In this document: positions 50,501-62,408 of the stretch, in pieces
How positions within the stretch are numbered: the first letter of the stretch is position 1
How the letters are laid out: each line of letters opens with the position of its first letter
NCBI RefSeq assembly: GCF_037042905.1
Contig: NC_087252.1
Span: 8,868,001-8,932,000 of the forward strand
DNA length: 64,000 bases
Source of the DNA: Lytechinus pictus
Taxonomy: Eukaryota
Reading direction: 5' to 3'
Program-made: the position numbers and the translations under genes
The notes under the pieces: model-generated
Told to the model about the DNA's origin: nothing
Seen by the model: the letters and a program-made list of their open reading frames with translations, nothing else
Database searches by the model: none

Positions 50501-53500
50501 TATGTGACCTCCGACTGCAGCATAACATGCAGGTCCCCAAGTCCATGGCATCTACCATCCAAGTTTGGTTGAAAAGCGACTTACGGTTGCGGAGTTAGGT
50601 GTCATAATAGAGTCTTGCATGTAAACTTTAACGTTGACCTGAAAATGACCTTTGACCTTACCATGTGACATCCGACTACAGCATAAGATGCAGGTCCCCC
50701 AAGTCCAGTTAGGTGTCATAAGAGAGTCTTGCATGTAAACTTTAACGTTGACCTAAAAATGACCTTCTACCTTATTATGTGACCTCCGACTGCAGCATAA
50801 CATGCAGGTCCCCAAGTCCATGGCATCTACCATCCAAGTTTGGTTGAAAAGCGACTTACGGTTGCGGAGTTAGGTGTCATAATAGAGTCTTGCATGTAAA
50901 CTATAATGTTGACCTGAAAATGACATTTGACCTTAACATGTAACATCCGAATGCAGCATAACATGCAGGTCCCCCAAGTCCATCTACCATCCAAGTTTGG
51001 TTGAAAAGTGACTTACGGTTGTGGAGTTATGTGTCATTACGTTAGTGACGGACGGACGACATTGGGATCCCTAAGTCTCGCCTTCACCTCTGGTGGGCGA
51101 GACGAAAAACGAACAGAAGAGAAGAGAACAAACCAGTTTCATTAATTAACGAAATTAATACAGATCAGCAGAACAACAAAACGACGAAAACATTCACACT
51201 GCAAGAGGAGAAGTAGCCTGGTCACAGCAATATTGTGAAATGTGTGAGAGAAAATTCGAAAAAATTTATGGGATTTGTTAGTAAAAACATTTAATAGCGC
51301 ATGCATGCTAACGAATATAGCCTAGATGGGGCCTACTGGTACAGAAATAAAACCGGTCTTATGAAATAAGACGGGGATATGATTAACAAACAGGTTTGAG
51401 AACGTGGAAAGACAATTAAAGGGATGGTACGGGCTGAAAATGTTTATATCTTAATAAATAGAGTAAAATTCACAAAGCAAAATGCAGAGAATTTCATCAA
51501 ACTCGGATGACAAATAACTAATTTATTGATTTTTTAGTGAAAACAGTTATATGCACATCGTCATGAATATTCATTAGACATGTTAGATGGGCCGATGATG
51601 TCACATCACCCTTTTTTTCTTATGTTATTACATGAAATCATAAATGTATCATTTTTCATACATGTGTAAATGATGTGTCTTCGTTTTGATGAAATAAGTT
51701 GCGGCAATAAATAACTAATGCACTTAATTAGTTGTCAATCCAATTGTTTTAGTTCTTGGTAAAAAACGTTTGAATAAGCCTAATTTCATATAATACAATA
51801 CAAAAAAACAAGTGGGATATGACATCAATGAATATTCATGACGACATGTCTAGAACTGTTTCACCGGAATAATTCAAATCTTAAAAATTCTATAACTTCT
51901 TTATTTGAAGAGCTCACTTGCAAAAGGGATTAGGTCAATTTTTCATCAAATTTGATTTTTATGTCTCAATGCATAGATTTAAGTAGCTCTATAAGATGAT
52001 ACCAAAGAAAAGTTGAAATTTCTATTAAAAAGTGAACTAAAATGGCAAATAAAAATCACTTTTTTTTTCAAAAGGGGTTAGGTCCATATCAGTTTAAGTT
52101 GCAAAAGGGGTTAGGTCCACACAGATTTTTTTTGGAAAAGAATATATCAAAAAATATGAAAACAGGTAAATTTCTTTTATACCCAATTTTATGTTCTCAT
52201 GGTAGGGTATCATGAAAATCCAGTTTCGCATAAGAATATTGCAATATGGGAGAAATAGAAAAATGATTTTCTTGGAGTGGACCTAACCCCTTTTGCAACT
52301 AAACTCTTCTGAATAACTCATTGGTCAAAAGGGGTTAGGGCCATTTTTCATAAATGTTATTGTTTTCTGTCTCTAAACCTCTAAATTTTTAGTCACTCTG
52401 ATGATACCAAAGAAAATTTGAAATTCAAATGAAAACGTGAATGAAAGTGGCAAAGAAAAATCACGTTTTTAATCAAAAGAGATTGGATCCATTTCAGTTT
52501 ACTTGCAAAAGGGGTTAGGTGCACGATGATAATTTATTTTTAATATATAGAAAAAAATTGAAGACAGGCAGATTTCTTTTATACCCAATTATATGTTCAC
52601 ATGATAGGGTAGTACACCATGACAATTTAGTTTGTCATAAGAATATTGCAATAAGTGAGAATAAAAAACATGGTTTTTCTCGGAATGGTCCAAAGTGGAC
52701 CTTACCACTTTTGCAACTAAACTCTTCATTTCTTATCCGATTTTGATCAAAATTTCAGCATTTTGCTTTGTAAATTTCACTCTATTTATTGAAAAAAAAA
52801 TATCTTCAGCCTGGACCATTCCTTTAAGTATGCAAGCCATACCAACTAACGCGCAATGTAATCCTTTTTAGAGCAATAATATGTTGTACGAATGATGATT
52901 TCAAGAAAGTAAACAAAAAAAAAAACGTCCGCCAAATAATAATACATAATTTTTCGTGTTGGAGCGCATCGAAAAAGTTGGCAATGTTGAATGACATACG
53001 ACACACAGAATACTCTGAAATAAAATACTTTTGAGCGGCTTTGAAAAAAAAACATAAAATGCTCAATATCTCAAGATGTGCAAAAATGTAGATATTTCGT
53101 TTTTTCCGTCGGGAGACATTGTCTGATAGCATTTTATGCCCTTTAAATCATGTGTTTGCGTTGCATATTTCAAATATTTTCATGGGGGTATCGCCCCCCC
53201 CCCCCCTCCGTCGTACCCCGGATAGACCGGATAGCCTCATCTAGGAACCGGATCCCTTTTATAAAGACTTGTTACAATTAAAAATGTAATATATTTATTT
53301 TTAAAAATTGATTTCAGCCAATCAGATTGAAGGATTTCAGTAGCTTATAACTGTTATTGAAAAGTTGTTGTTATAACAAGTTTCATAAAACGGACCTCTG
53401 ATATAATAAAGGCTATCAATATATTACGATAGCAACTATGTGCCTTTCCGGAATTCGTTGAAAGAAGGTAATAAACATTTCTATATTCTTTTACGATAAG

Positions 53501-56500
53501 GCGATACGCATACTACGAAATATTGAGTCAATGCTGTCTAAAGAGACATTTTTTTAACTTCTGATAAATCCCTTCTCTGATAATACGAAGCAATATTTTC
53601 TGTCCAATAGTGATATCATACTCCAGTAGAACAAGTTGACAAAAGAAATGTCTTTGATAAATCTTTAGTTTTTATAATTTTATCAAACTTTTTTTCTTTG
53701 GGGTGGAGTGATTGATTATTTGATAATATATAATAATTTTACACACATTAACAAATAATGTATATCGACAAGTGGAGCGCCCCTTGCAGTCTCGCATGCA
53801 TTTTGCCATTTGATATGGCAGCAGTGCTGAATTTAAAATACAACTATTGAAAATTTATTTTTTAAACAAAATTCATATGATATTAAAATACGTTCATTGA
53901 CCCAAATGACCTTTGACCTTGACCACGTGACCCGAATCTCATGCAGGATGTTCAATGATGCATGAATACTCATATGTCTAAGTTTTATAAACTCGATCTT
54001 TTAACTGTCAAAGTTATGATGGCAATTTGGCAAATTCCTCTGGCCAAAGTTCGTTGAACCAAGATGACCTTTGACCTCGGTTATGTGACTTGAAACTAAA
54101 ACAGAATGTTCAATGTTAAACCATCACCCTAATGTCTACGTTTCATTAGCTAGATCCGCAAACTGGATGTTTACTATTATACCATTACCCTGTCCAAATT
54201 TCATGAACTAAATCAATAAACTTTTAAAGTTATGATGACTTTTCAAACACTTAACCTTGGTTAAGATTTCGATGTTGATTCCCCCAACATGGTCAAAGTT
54301 CACTGACCCTAAATGACATTTGACCTTGGTCATGTGACCTGAAACTCCAGTAGGATGCTCGGTGATACTTGATTACTCTTATGACAAAGTTCATCAACTG
54401 GGTCCATATACTCCTTAAGTTATCATGGCATTTTAAAAAACTAAACCTTGGTAATAACATTTCAATGTTGACGACGCCGCCGCCGCCGTCAGAAAAGTGG
54501 CGCCTGTAGTCTCGCTCTGCTATGCAGGCAACACAAACATGAAACATATGGAACGCCTTTGGCAGTCTCGCCTAGATTACGCGATTCGATATAGCATCAG
54601 TGCTGACTTTGAAATCAGCTATTAGATAATCATTCACAAAATAAAACACTCATATGATAATAAAATACTGACCGAAATATTGACCGAACATGACCTTTGA
54701 CCATGAACACGTGAACTAAGGCATTTGCAAAAACAATCATTCATACTTGTCATGATGACGATTCCACAAATATCCCCCAACATGGTCAAAGTTCGTTGAC
54801 CCTAAGTGGCCTTTGACCATTGTCATGTGACCTGAAACTCAGGCAGTATCTCCAGTGATACACTATCAACCATATGCCCAAGTTCATGAACAAGGTCAAT
54901 ATACTTTAGAAGTTATGACGACATTTAAAAAACTTAACCTTGGTTAAGATTTCGATATTTATTCCCCCAACATGGTCTAAGTTTAGTGATCCTTTGACCT
55001 TTGACCATGGTCATGTGACCTGAAACTCAGGCAGAATGGTTAGTAATACTTGATTAACTTAATGTCCAAGTTTTATGAACTAGGTTTATATACTTTTTAA
55101 GTTATGATTACATTTCAAAAAATTAACCTTGTTTAAGATTTCAATGTTGACGACGCCGCCGTCGCCGTCGGAAAAGCGGCGCCTATAATCTCGCTCTGCT
55201 TTGCAGGCTTGACAAAATTTGTGTCATATCTTAAAGACGCGACATCATAAAGACAGACGCGACATTTGTGCTGCACTCAACCCAGGTGAGGTAAATGGGT
55301 ACCGGTAGGAAGTAATTCCTTAAGAAGGTGTGTGCGCTCTGAACGCCTAGCTTAGCCGGGTAATATAGGAGCGCCTTGAGCACCTAACAAGGATTTTACC
55401 AATATGTGCGCAATATAAATACCCTATATTATTATTATCATAAAAGAAAGGAATTTGATATTTGTCATATCACTCATTGATGCTGTTTATAATTATTGAA
55501 ACATATTGTATCAGGTTTTTTTCTGCAATGCAATGAAAATGACTATACTTCTACTCAAATAAAAATGGCAGCTCCAAATCAAATGAATGAATGAGTATGA
55601 CAACAGGAGAAGCGAGTAACAATTTTGATGAAATATGACGTAATTTACTAGTGAACAGAACATCGGATCGATAGGTAATACATTAGTCGATATATTTTCA
55701 GTAAAATAACGATAATTGAAATATATGTCAAGAAAATTATATTTTATTTAAATCGTGCTATCTGAGTCAAGAAATATGATTCGATTGAAAATGACGAAAA
55801 ATTAAATATTTCGACAGAATATCGGATTTCCGTGAAGTAACAAGAATCCGGCAAACCACCAAAGTGTTAGGTTGAAATACTATTTTGTAAGAAATTTTCA
55901 TGAAAATTGGTAAAATCCGAGAACCATGCGTTTTGATAGGCCTAATATGTTTCGTTTACTTGGGTGTCGTATTGCTAATACATTTAATCATCATAACATT
56001 ATGGATTCGACTTGATAATGCTATACCACCTATGCGATCCGGTGCTCCATTGTGACTTTCTTTATTTTAGAGTGTAATAGTGATATTATATACCGGTTGA
56101 TAGTAGGGGTACTGCTAGGGGGTTAGAAAGGTTCGATGCCCGAACTACTGTATGCGATGGAGCTACAAGAAACGATAAAAACAGAGATGCAAATATCTAC
56201 ATGTTAAGAACATTTATTTCTAAACAACGCATATCTTACGCATGCATTAATTAATAACGTTTCCCCCCCATTTACACTACTTGTATGCGAATATATTTAA
56301 GTGTATACTTTAGTATTAAAGGAGAATGAAACTCTTGGAGCAAGTTAGCTTTTGTGAAAGCAGAAAAATCAAAGAATAAGATCAACAAAAGTTTGAGTAA
56401 AATAGGACTAGCAATAGAAGAGTTATGAGCATTTGAATGTCGAGATCACTAATGCTATGGAGATCCTCCCATTGGCAATGCGACCAAGATCTATGATGTC

Positions 56501-59500
56501 ACAGATGAACAACTCTCCCCTTTTGGACACTGAAAATATACCCCAAAACATCTCTTTTTGCTCATTCTAATCATATGACAAACGATTCATCAATGATATA
56601 ATGTTGTGAAACCTCTATACTTGTCCTCTCATAAAGAGAACACCTCACCTTGTGATAGACTCTATAAAAGTGAGAATATAAGTGAAATAAGTACTAAAGT
56701 AATGAGGGAGTTGTACGTGTGTGACATCACAGATCTTGGTCGCATTGCCAATGGGATGATCTACATGACATTAGTGATCTCAATATTCAAATGCTCATAA
56801 CTTTCTTATTATTCATTCAATCTTCCTCAAACTTTCAACAATATGTTTCTCTGATTTTTCTCTTTGATATGGATTCAGCTGGTTTTAATGGTTTCATTCT
56901 CCTTTAAAGCAAACAATGAATATACATATTGTAATTATTCTAAATATCCTCTATAAATATAAATGTTAGTGCTTGATACCTCATTTTATCAGTACTTATC
57001 GATGGAATATTTGAAATTAAATGAAATAACAATTTAAAATGCTCTTAAGCTTTGCTTATTCCAGTGTATTCGTTTATTTATTCTTCGATTATTTTTTTGT
57101 ATTATTATTATTTGAAAGCATGGAATATAGTATCGCTACTACCCTTGATACCCACTGTATTAGAAATGTTTGTGTTTATTACCTCATGTGTAATTACTAC
57201 ACACATTATTCATTAAAAAAATGTGTTTACTTACACCCATATCAATATACGCTGGCCTAAATGTACATTATAAACATTTGTTTCTGATAGTGGGTGTTAC
57301 TGCTAAAAGGAATGGGCTTTATGACATGCGTACAGGTGGGTGTTTCGTAAAGCTGTTCGTAAAGTTACGAACGACTTTACGCACGACTGGAACATGTTCT
57401 TAGGTCATAACTCAATTACGCAGTGATAGCACAAGAAAGGATCACCAGTCGTGCGTAAAGTCGTTCGTATCTTACGAACAGCTTTATGAAACATTCACCT
57501 GGTAACTTATCCAGGTTATGTTGATAATATTATGCTAAGAATACAACGGATATTAAAGTGGCACGAACATTTAACAAACACAGTCCGTAATAGAAGATTT
57601 CGAATGTAGGTGAGCAATAGTTATATAAAAGTGACAATGGTTCATTGGTTAAAACCTCATACCACAGCAATCAACAGGCAAAGAAGACGTTCTTAACCGA
57701 CTGAATAATAATGGAGATATATAGTTAGCTGAACAAACAGATGTTTTCTATACGTCGGACAGTTTTTTTTTTTTTTACAGTAGTCATTGTTATTCATATG
57801 GAGTTATCTTTGCTAAAAAAAAACTTGACTCGGTTTATTGCTGTTGGGCCCACCCTTTATTTTTCAACACCGCTTTTTATTGGGCCAAACATAGAGAATG
57901 CATTGTTTCGTTATTGTTGTTTTTATTGACTGATGGCATATCAAACACTTCAACTACAAAAACGGTCACAAAATGGAACTAATGCAATATCACATACATG
58001 GTATAATGTAGATTTACAATACCTGTAGCGATTCGTAACTCTGAGAAATTCCCATGTCCGACGGCATTTCCTGCTGATATTCGGATGAGGTAGGTCGTAA
58101 GAGGGCGAAGATGAGTCAGAACAAAGTTATTTCCTATAGAGATGATAAAACAAAAGTTTCAGAGTAATGCAATTACATTCGTTTTTCTATCGTATCCGTC
58201 CCATTTGACATAAGCCGGGGTAAAGTGTTATTTGAATTCTGCTGCAAATTTTAGCTAAAAGAAACAAACCGAGTCCTTGTAAATTTAAGATGAAGTATTT
58301 GCTGTAAGACCTTGAGGTCAAATCATGCCATTCATAATTCGGCGCCATTACCACGTCTACCACGTGCTTAAAGCACCTTTTGTCCATCATTTAGTGACTG
58401 GAAGCTTTTGTGCTTTATACATGTATATACAAAGGGTTTTCCGATCCCCGTTGCATTGCCAATGCTAATCAATAAAAGGATTACGCGAGAGACTTTGCGA
58501 CGTAAAGCGGGTGTGTTATAGGGCCTTTTCACACGTGAATCTTGAATCATCATTGTAATGATGATTGCAGGCGTTCGTGATTCTAATAATGTTCTAGTTT
58601 GGTTTAACACGTGCCAAAAACTCGTCCTTAGCCTTATTTTTCACTGGAATCATCATTCACATTACAATTTTGTTTACAAAGGGCGGATAGACCAACTCTT
58701 CGGTTGCTGTTTTCTATGGTGGGGGGGGGGGGGGGCTTCCAGTACACGCGAAGAACGATTGCATAACCCATTGTATTCTTCTTTGGAAGCCCCGCAGTTG
58801 TGACTGCCATAAATGCAGTGATCTGAAGTCTCTAATCTATAGGAGACGTGGCCACAAGATGTCAGGGCTATTGTTAAGATGCCTTTTCTTCTTAGGCCTA
58901 TATTAATGCATACGCAAGTTTAATGATGGTGTGATAAATGAACACGAGAAATAGTACATACCAATATCAAATCGACGAACTTGGACTTGTGGCGAAACAT
59001 ATGGCTGTTGGATCTGGTCAAGTGGTGGCTGGTCCTGGAACCCATTTCCGTTTTCATACAGCTGCCTTTCCGTCGGGAAGTCCTGTCTGATTAAGGCTGG
59101 CCCTTCCTCATCCTGGACATCATTGAGAAGGAATTGGGCCGGACGACTCTGGCGGAGGTTCCCCATCATGACTGGATGGTAGGCAACGTGATAATAAAGG
59201 AGGGGGAATCCCCGAGCTGTCACGTGAGGTGGATCGAGCAAGATCTGTATCGTGGTGTCTGTGATCCTACCAGGCCGGATGTGGCGGGGAACGAGTGGAG
59301 GCTCTGACAAGTAAACGCAAGTATCATTATTGTTTCGTGTGATGTTGAATGTTATAGCAACATTTCATTTCATGACGCAAGAATAACCATAAGTAAGAAT
59401 CTAAAGTGAAAACTCTTTGGTCGGAATTCTGTTGTAAGTCTGGATATTTAGGACCCGGGGGGGGGGCACTCAGTATATAATGCATAGTGGGTATGTGCCG

Positions 59501-62408
59501 CGGAGGGGACCCCCTTTTTTACACTCAAATTTCCGTTCAAAGGCATAGCATTCTTGTCTTATTGAGAAAAAGAACAAAGAAAGCCGCTCCAAAGCATAGC
59601 ATTTTCTTCTTATCGAGAAGAAAGATATCCGCTCCAAAGCTTCGCATATTTTTCGTTACGCCGTTCCGGTCGCATTGATCTGCTACAACATGTACAATGA
59701 GCTGCAATTTTGGTGAAAAGCCGCAGAGCTGTCCGACCGTCGCCTCTGCGCGAGTGCACCCGGTGGCCGTGCCGCCGGGCTACTCCTGCATCATGCACGC
59801 ATGCCCGTTCCATAGGGATACATACGCACTCACACACTGGCGATCCGTTCCAAGGACCCCCCGTTTCACAAACATTTGTAGTTCCAAAGCGCGTTCCGAG
59901 GACCCTCCTTTTTACAAGCCCGCTCCAAGGCCCCCGTATTTTGTCTCGCCCGCGGCACACCCCTACCACTTTTTTGGTCGAGTACCCCCCCCCCCCCCGG
60001 GATTTAGGATGACATTCCGAGAATTTGATTGTACATAAATCTGAACATGCGTTAGAACCGGGATCCATCAATGCAGGAAATATAAGAAGAAGGATACATG
60101 CCTTATCAATATTGTAGCATATACGTGTTATGCGAGGCAAATACTTTCCAGTTGCACTGTGCTATTAAACCTTCCTTGCATCGCAGATATCAGTTGGACA
60201 TCCGACGATCTGTTATTGTTTTGAGCGCCATTTTGACTACATACCTGCTCTGGAGAGGAGGATGGCGTGTTGACTCCTTCCCAAATTATTGGATGCATGG
60301 CATCTATATGTCCCGAAGTCCCTGGCTTGGGGAGTTATCTGAATAATGTATAAAACATCGCAATCGAATTGTCAGGTTTACTCAGATATATTCATATGAC
60401 AGGTGGCTGAAACAAAAATGATCGAATAGAATTAAGACCGCTAATTCGGGTCTGTTGTTTTAGGTATTAATCTTAGAATGTGAACCTGTTACCATTTCAT
60501 GCCCTTTTTTATCACGTTTATACAATAAAATGCATGTTACATTTATGTATTAGCGCATTCCATAAACATTGCAATGCGCTTCACAATTATAGTATTCATA
60601 CGATAAAATATTCGCTTAATGCATTAAAATAAAATCATAACAGTAAGAAAGAAAAAAAACATTAATACAAAACACAATGGAAAGGAAAGATGGAATGGTG
60701 AAACTGATAAAATGAGGCCGGTTTAAGGAGGGAGTTAAACAGTTCTAACGATAACAACACCGAGAGGTCGATGGCTGCACCATACAGAATGCATGGATCC
60801 CCATGTCTGATCATGTGCTATTAATTAGACGGCCGTTTCCCATGAAACATGATTATGCATGATATGTGCAATCCTGCTTTCCTTTCGTCACATTCAAATT
60901 GTTTAGTTAAGTAGATGAGTAAATGGTAAAGTGTCATGTCGCAGTCACACAAACAAACAAGCAAACAATTAAAAAACAACGACCCCAAATCGACGTATGG
61001 TGTATGGCATACCATTGGAAATAATATATATTTGGTCGGTATAGGACGCATTTTATACTTCTTATTGCAACAAATTTGAAATGGCAGTTAAACGCTACTG
61101 AAATCGTTCAATCTGATTTGCTGATGGTAAACTTATTATAGAAACTGTGCATTGATTACCATAATATGTTTTTGTAACGGAACGCTGGAGTAGGTTAGGT
61201 CAGCATGATCGTGGCATCAACCCACTTGCGACTGACCAGTCATTACAGCATTTAAAGGAAACTAACAATTAAACGACCTATAAATACAACACAAATCAAT
61301 TAAAGAAGAGACAATGTGTATTTCCGAGGTGAACATCTGTTCCCAGTTGGTCCAAACTTTGACCATTAATAAGAATGACATGACACATAGTCGTAAACTT
61401 TACTTTCCCTTTCATTATGTTGTCTCCAAAAAAAACCCATTAAGGTTTTTATTTGAGGCAATTATGCCACTATCAAATTGATAAAACAGGAATGGGAACA
61501 AATAGGCATGTATTCAGATAAAAAAAAACCTTTACATTCTATTTTCAGTAGGAACATTTTAATTCACTGACCATAAATCTTTGTGTCGTTGTAAGGTAAT
61601 GGAAAGTTCAGAGCTCAAAAGTTATGACAATATTGACTTTGTAGTAGATGTTAATACAATTTTCCACGCATTAATCAAATGGGTAGTATGTGTATCTGAA
61701 TCATACAATATTTTTATATCGCAGTGTCTACCCGGGACCCGTTATACATAACAATTACAAATACTGTAGCTTTTACCAATGTGTTAATTTCAATGCCAAC
61801 CCCGATTCTAATTGGCTGCTGAGCCCCGTTGTCATGGTTATAGTTACCATATCATTATAGGTCCCAAAAGTCTTGTAAATGTAATGAAACGGATCCTTGT
61901 TATTGCATTGGAATTATTTGCACATGTCTATATATTTTTAATGTTTATCGCCATCACCATGGCCATGTGTGTTATACTTGTAACATATACACTGTAAAAA
62001 ATGAAGTGCTAATTTAGCACTTACAGTGCTTGTATAGTGACTGCACTACGAGTACTGATTTTCTAGTTCAAATTTAAACTAGAAAGTCAGCACTAGTGCA
62101 GTAACTATACCAGCACTGTATTTTTTACAGTGTATAGTTTATATTAAAACGCGATAGACATGGTCCTATGACTGTATTATTTGCGAAGTGCTTGTCCTGC
62201 TGTGTTTGCCATTAACACGTGCTTACCGATAAAGTGCTAACGCCATCTTGGTACTGTCTACTTGCTCTTCTTGTGACCGATCTCCCATTGATTGTCCACG
62301 TGATATAAGGGGGCGGGAAACCACTCCATGCACAGGTCATGTTCACCATCTGAGAGTGGTAACCATACACCTGTGTATCTGACCGGTCCGTCTGGAGGAA
62401 TGGTGCGT
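38451..62408 (-). CDS. Receptor tyrosine kinase, Ig - FN3 - stalk - TM - RET/FGFR-like kinase (5' incomplete, 15 exons, about 727 aa visible)
   Basis: Exons 62227-62408, 60245-60338, 58962-59303, 58023-58133, 47885-47989, 46950-47209, 46075-46161, 44860-45046, 44326-44439, 43585-43775, 42999-43121, 42244-42355, 39788-39884, 38917-39016, 38451-38528. All are GT-AG with compatible phases; total 2183 nt plus one upstream base. Confidence 0.92.
38917..39016 (-). CDS. RTK kinase subdomain XI exon ([21 protein letters not shown]...)
   Basis: tttgcag| and |gtaagt; CW...RPTF motif. Confidence 0.9.
39788..39884 (-). CDS. RTK kinase subdomain X exon (GSYPYPG...[11 protein letters not shown])
   Basis: cactag| and |gtaagg; tyrosine-kinase motif. 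Confidence 0.9.
39985..40152 (-). mobile_element. Degraded tRNA-type SINE 5' region
   Basis: The minus strand shows a B-box-like ttcaatccc followed by gcccgtgagcaaggcattta. Confidence 0.4.
40800..40965 (-). mobile_element. CR1/L2-type LINE 3' ORF2 remnant
   Basis: Translates [37 protein letters not shown], resembling the WNSLP...FK-KLK C-terminus of CR1/L2 ORF2. Confidence 0.55.
41215..41829. mobile_element. TTAA-flanked MITE (Kolobok/piggyBac-type)
   Basis: ttaa|aagacaagtccacccc ... gggtgaacttgacct|ttaa; a related fragment lies at about 2473-2720. Confidence 0.7.
42244..42355 (-). CDS. RTK kinase subdomain VIII-IX exon ([13 protein letters not shown]...[15 protein letters not shown])
   Basis: tttcag| and |gtgagt; canonical motifs. 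Missed by the ORF track. Confidence 0.95.
42999..43121 (-). CDS. RTK catalytic-loop exon ([10 protein letters not shown]...DFGLAR)
   Basis: ttccag| and |gtagga; HRDLAARN and DFG. Confidence 0.95.
43585..43775 (-). CDS. RTK hinge and short kinase-insert exon ([11 protein letters not shown]...[10 protein letters not shown])
   Basis: atttag| and |gtaaat. Confidence 0.92.
44326..44439 (-). CDS. RTK alphaC exon ([26 protein letters not shown])
   Basis: ttacag| and |gtgagt. Confidence 0.92.
44860..45046 (-). CDS. RTK P-loop exon (EFPRERL...GTGSFGKV...VAIKMLK)
   Basis: ccttag| and |gtatgg; GxGxFG and VAIK. Confidence 0.93.
45230..45950. repeat. Degenerate (CAT)n / (CAC)n microsatellite tracts
   Basis: Read directly; similar tracts at about 42050-42200 and 46650-46835. 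Confidence 0.85.
46075..46161 (-). CDS. RTK juxtamembrane exon ([29 protein letters not shown])
   Basis: ttgaag| and |gtaagt; phase 0-0, in frame. Confidence 0.7.
46950..47209 (-). CDS. RTK stalk and transmembrane exon
   Basis: Hydrophobic [27 protein letters not shown] followed by basic KWQKRRQR; ttttag| and |gtaagt. Confidence 0.88.
47885..47989 (-). CDS. RTK Ser/Thr/Pro-rich stalk exon
   Basis: ctgcag| and |gtacac; phase 1-1. Confidence 0.7.
49298..51108 (-). mobile_element. Helentron/DINE-1-like non-autonomous element with a central tandem array of 11 units (basic unit about 157 bp)
   Basis: Sub-terminal IRs gtctcgccc (49319) / gggcgagac (51095); hairpin 51075-51103; short (GGAC)n at 51047-51060; A-rich flanks; array 49434-51036. 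Confidence 0.75.
51420..52823. mobile_element. TTAA-flanked MITE interrupted by a Sola-like element
   Basis: ttaa|agggatggtacgggctgaa ... ttcagcctggaccattcct|ttaa. Confidence 0.8.
51907..52727 (-). mobile_element. Sola-like non-autonomous element, copy 2
   Basis: Termini gaagag...ctcttc; 4-bp TSD attt (51903-51906 and 52728-52731), fitting AWWT. Confidence 0.75.
53768..55216 (-). mobile_element. Two head-to-tail copies of a Helentron/HINE-like repeat (about 53768-54537 and 54543-55216)
   Basis: Each starts gcagtctcgc, carries tgacctttgacc subrepeats and ends gacgacgccgccg...tctcgctctgct.tgcaggc; a remnant lies at about 39060-39262. Confidence 0.7.
55268..55440 (+). mobile_element. SINE body and 3' end
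   Basis: gcactcaacccaggtgaggtaaatgggtacc core, gagcgccttgagcac, and a (TAT)n tail. Confidence 0.6.
56320..56903. mobile_element. TTAA-flanked fold-back MITE
   Basis: TIR aggagaatgaaac / gtttcattctcct; long internal inverted arms at about 56420-56505 and 56718-56805. Confidence 0.85.
57333..57501. mobile_element. Palindromic MITE
   Basis: About 57-bp inverted arms caggtgggtgtttcgtaaagctgttcgtaa...cacgactgg / ccagtcgtg...cacctg. Confidence 0.85.
58023..58133 (-). CDS. RTK FN3 C-terminal half exon ([25 protein letters not shown])
   Basis: ctatag| and |gtattg; L-x-P-x-T-x-Y FN3 motif. Missed by the ORF track. Confidence 0.9.
58962..59303 (-). CDS. RTK FN3 N-terminal exon with a long Gln/Pro-rich insert
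   Basis: ttgtcag| and |gtatgt; PPLVPRHI...[13 protein letters not shown]...YYHVAYHP. Confidence 0.85.
59454..60001. mobile_element. GC-rich MITE with an 8-bp TSD
   Basis: TIR cccggggggggggcactc / gagtaccccc...ccggg; TSD atttagga (59446-59453 and 60002-60009). Confidence 0.85.
60245..60338 (-). CDS. RTK Ig domain second-half exon ([20 protein letters not shown])
   Basis: attcag| and |gtatgt; D-x-G-x-Y-x-C Ig motif. Missed by the ORF track. Confidence 0.9.
61990..62132. mobile_element. Small CACTG MITE
   Basis: cactgtaaaaaat / attttttacagtg with TA flanks. Confidence 0.75.
62227..62408 (-). CDS. RTK Ig domain first-half exon ([21 protein letters not shown])
   Basis: acacag| and |gtaagc; C-x3-G-x-P-x-P-x-I-x-W I-set motif. 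Confidence 0.88.

Noticed and set aside
49434..51036. CRISPR-like array, or a repeated 60-aa ORF (50277 and 50552)
   Set aside because: The units are full tandem repeats with no unique spacers, in a eukaryotic intron; the ORFs are by-products of the repeat.
59610..60140. 176-aa ORF and overlapping ORFs
   Set aside because: They lie over a GC-rich MITE with TIRs and a TSD and show no protein motif.
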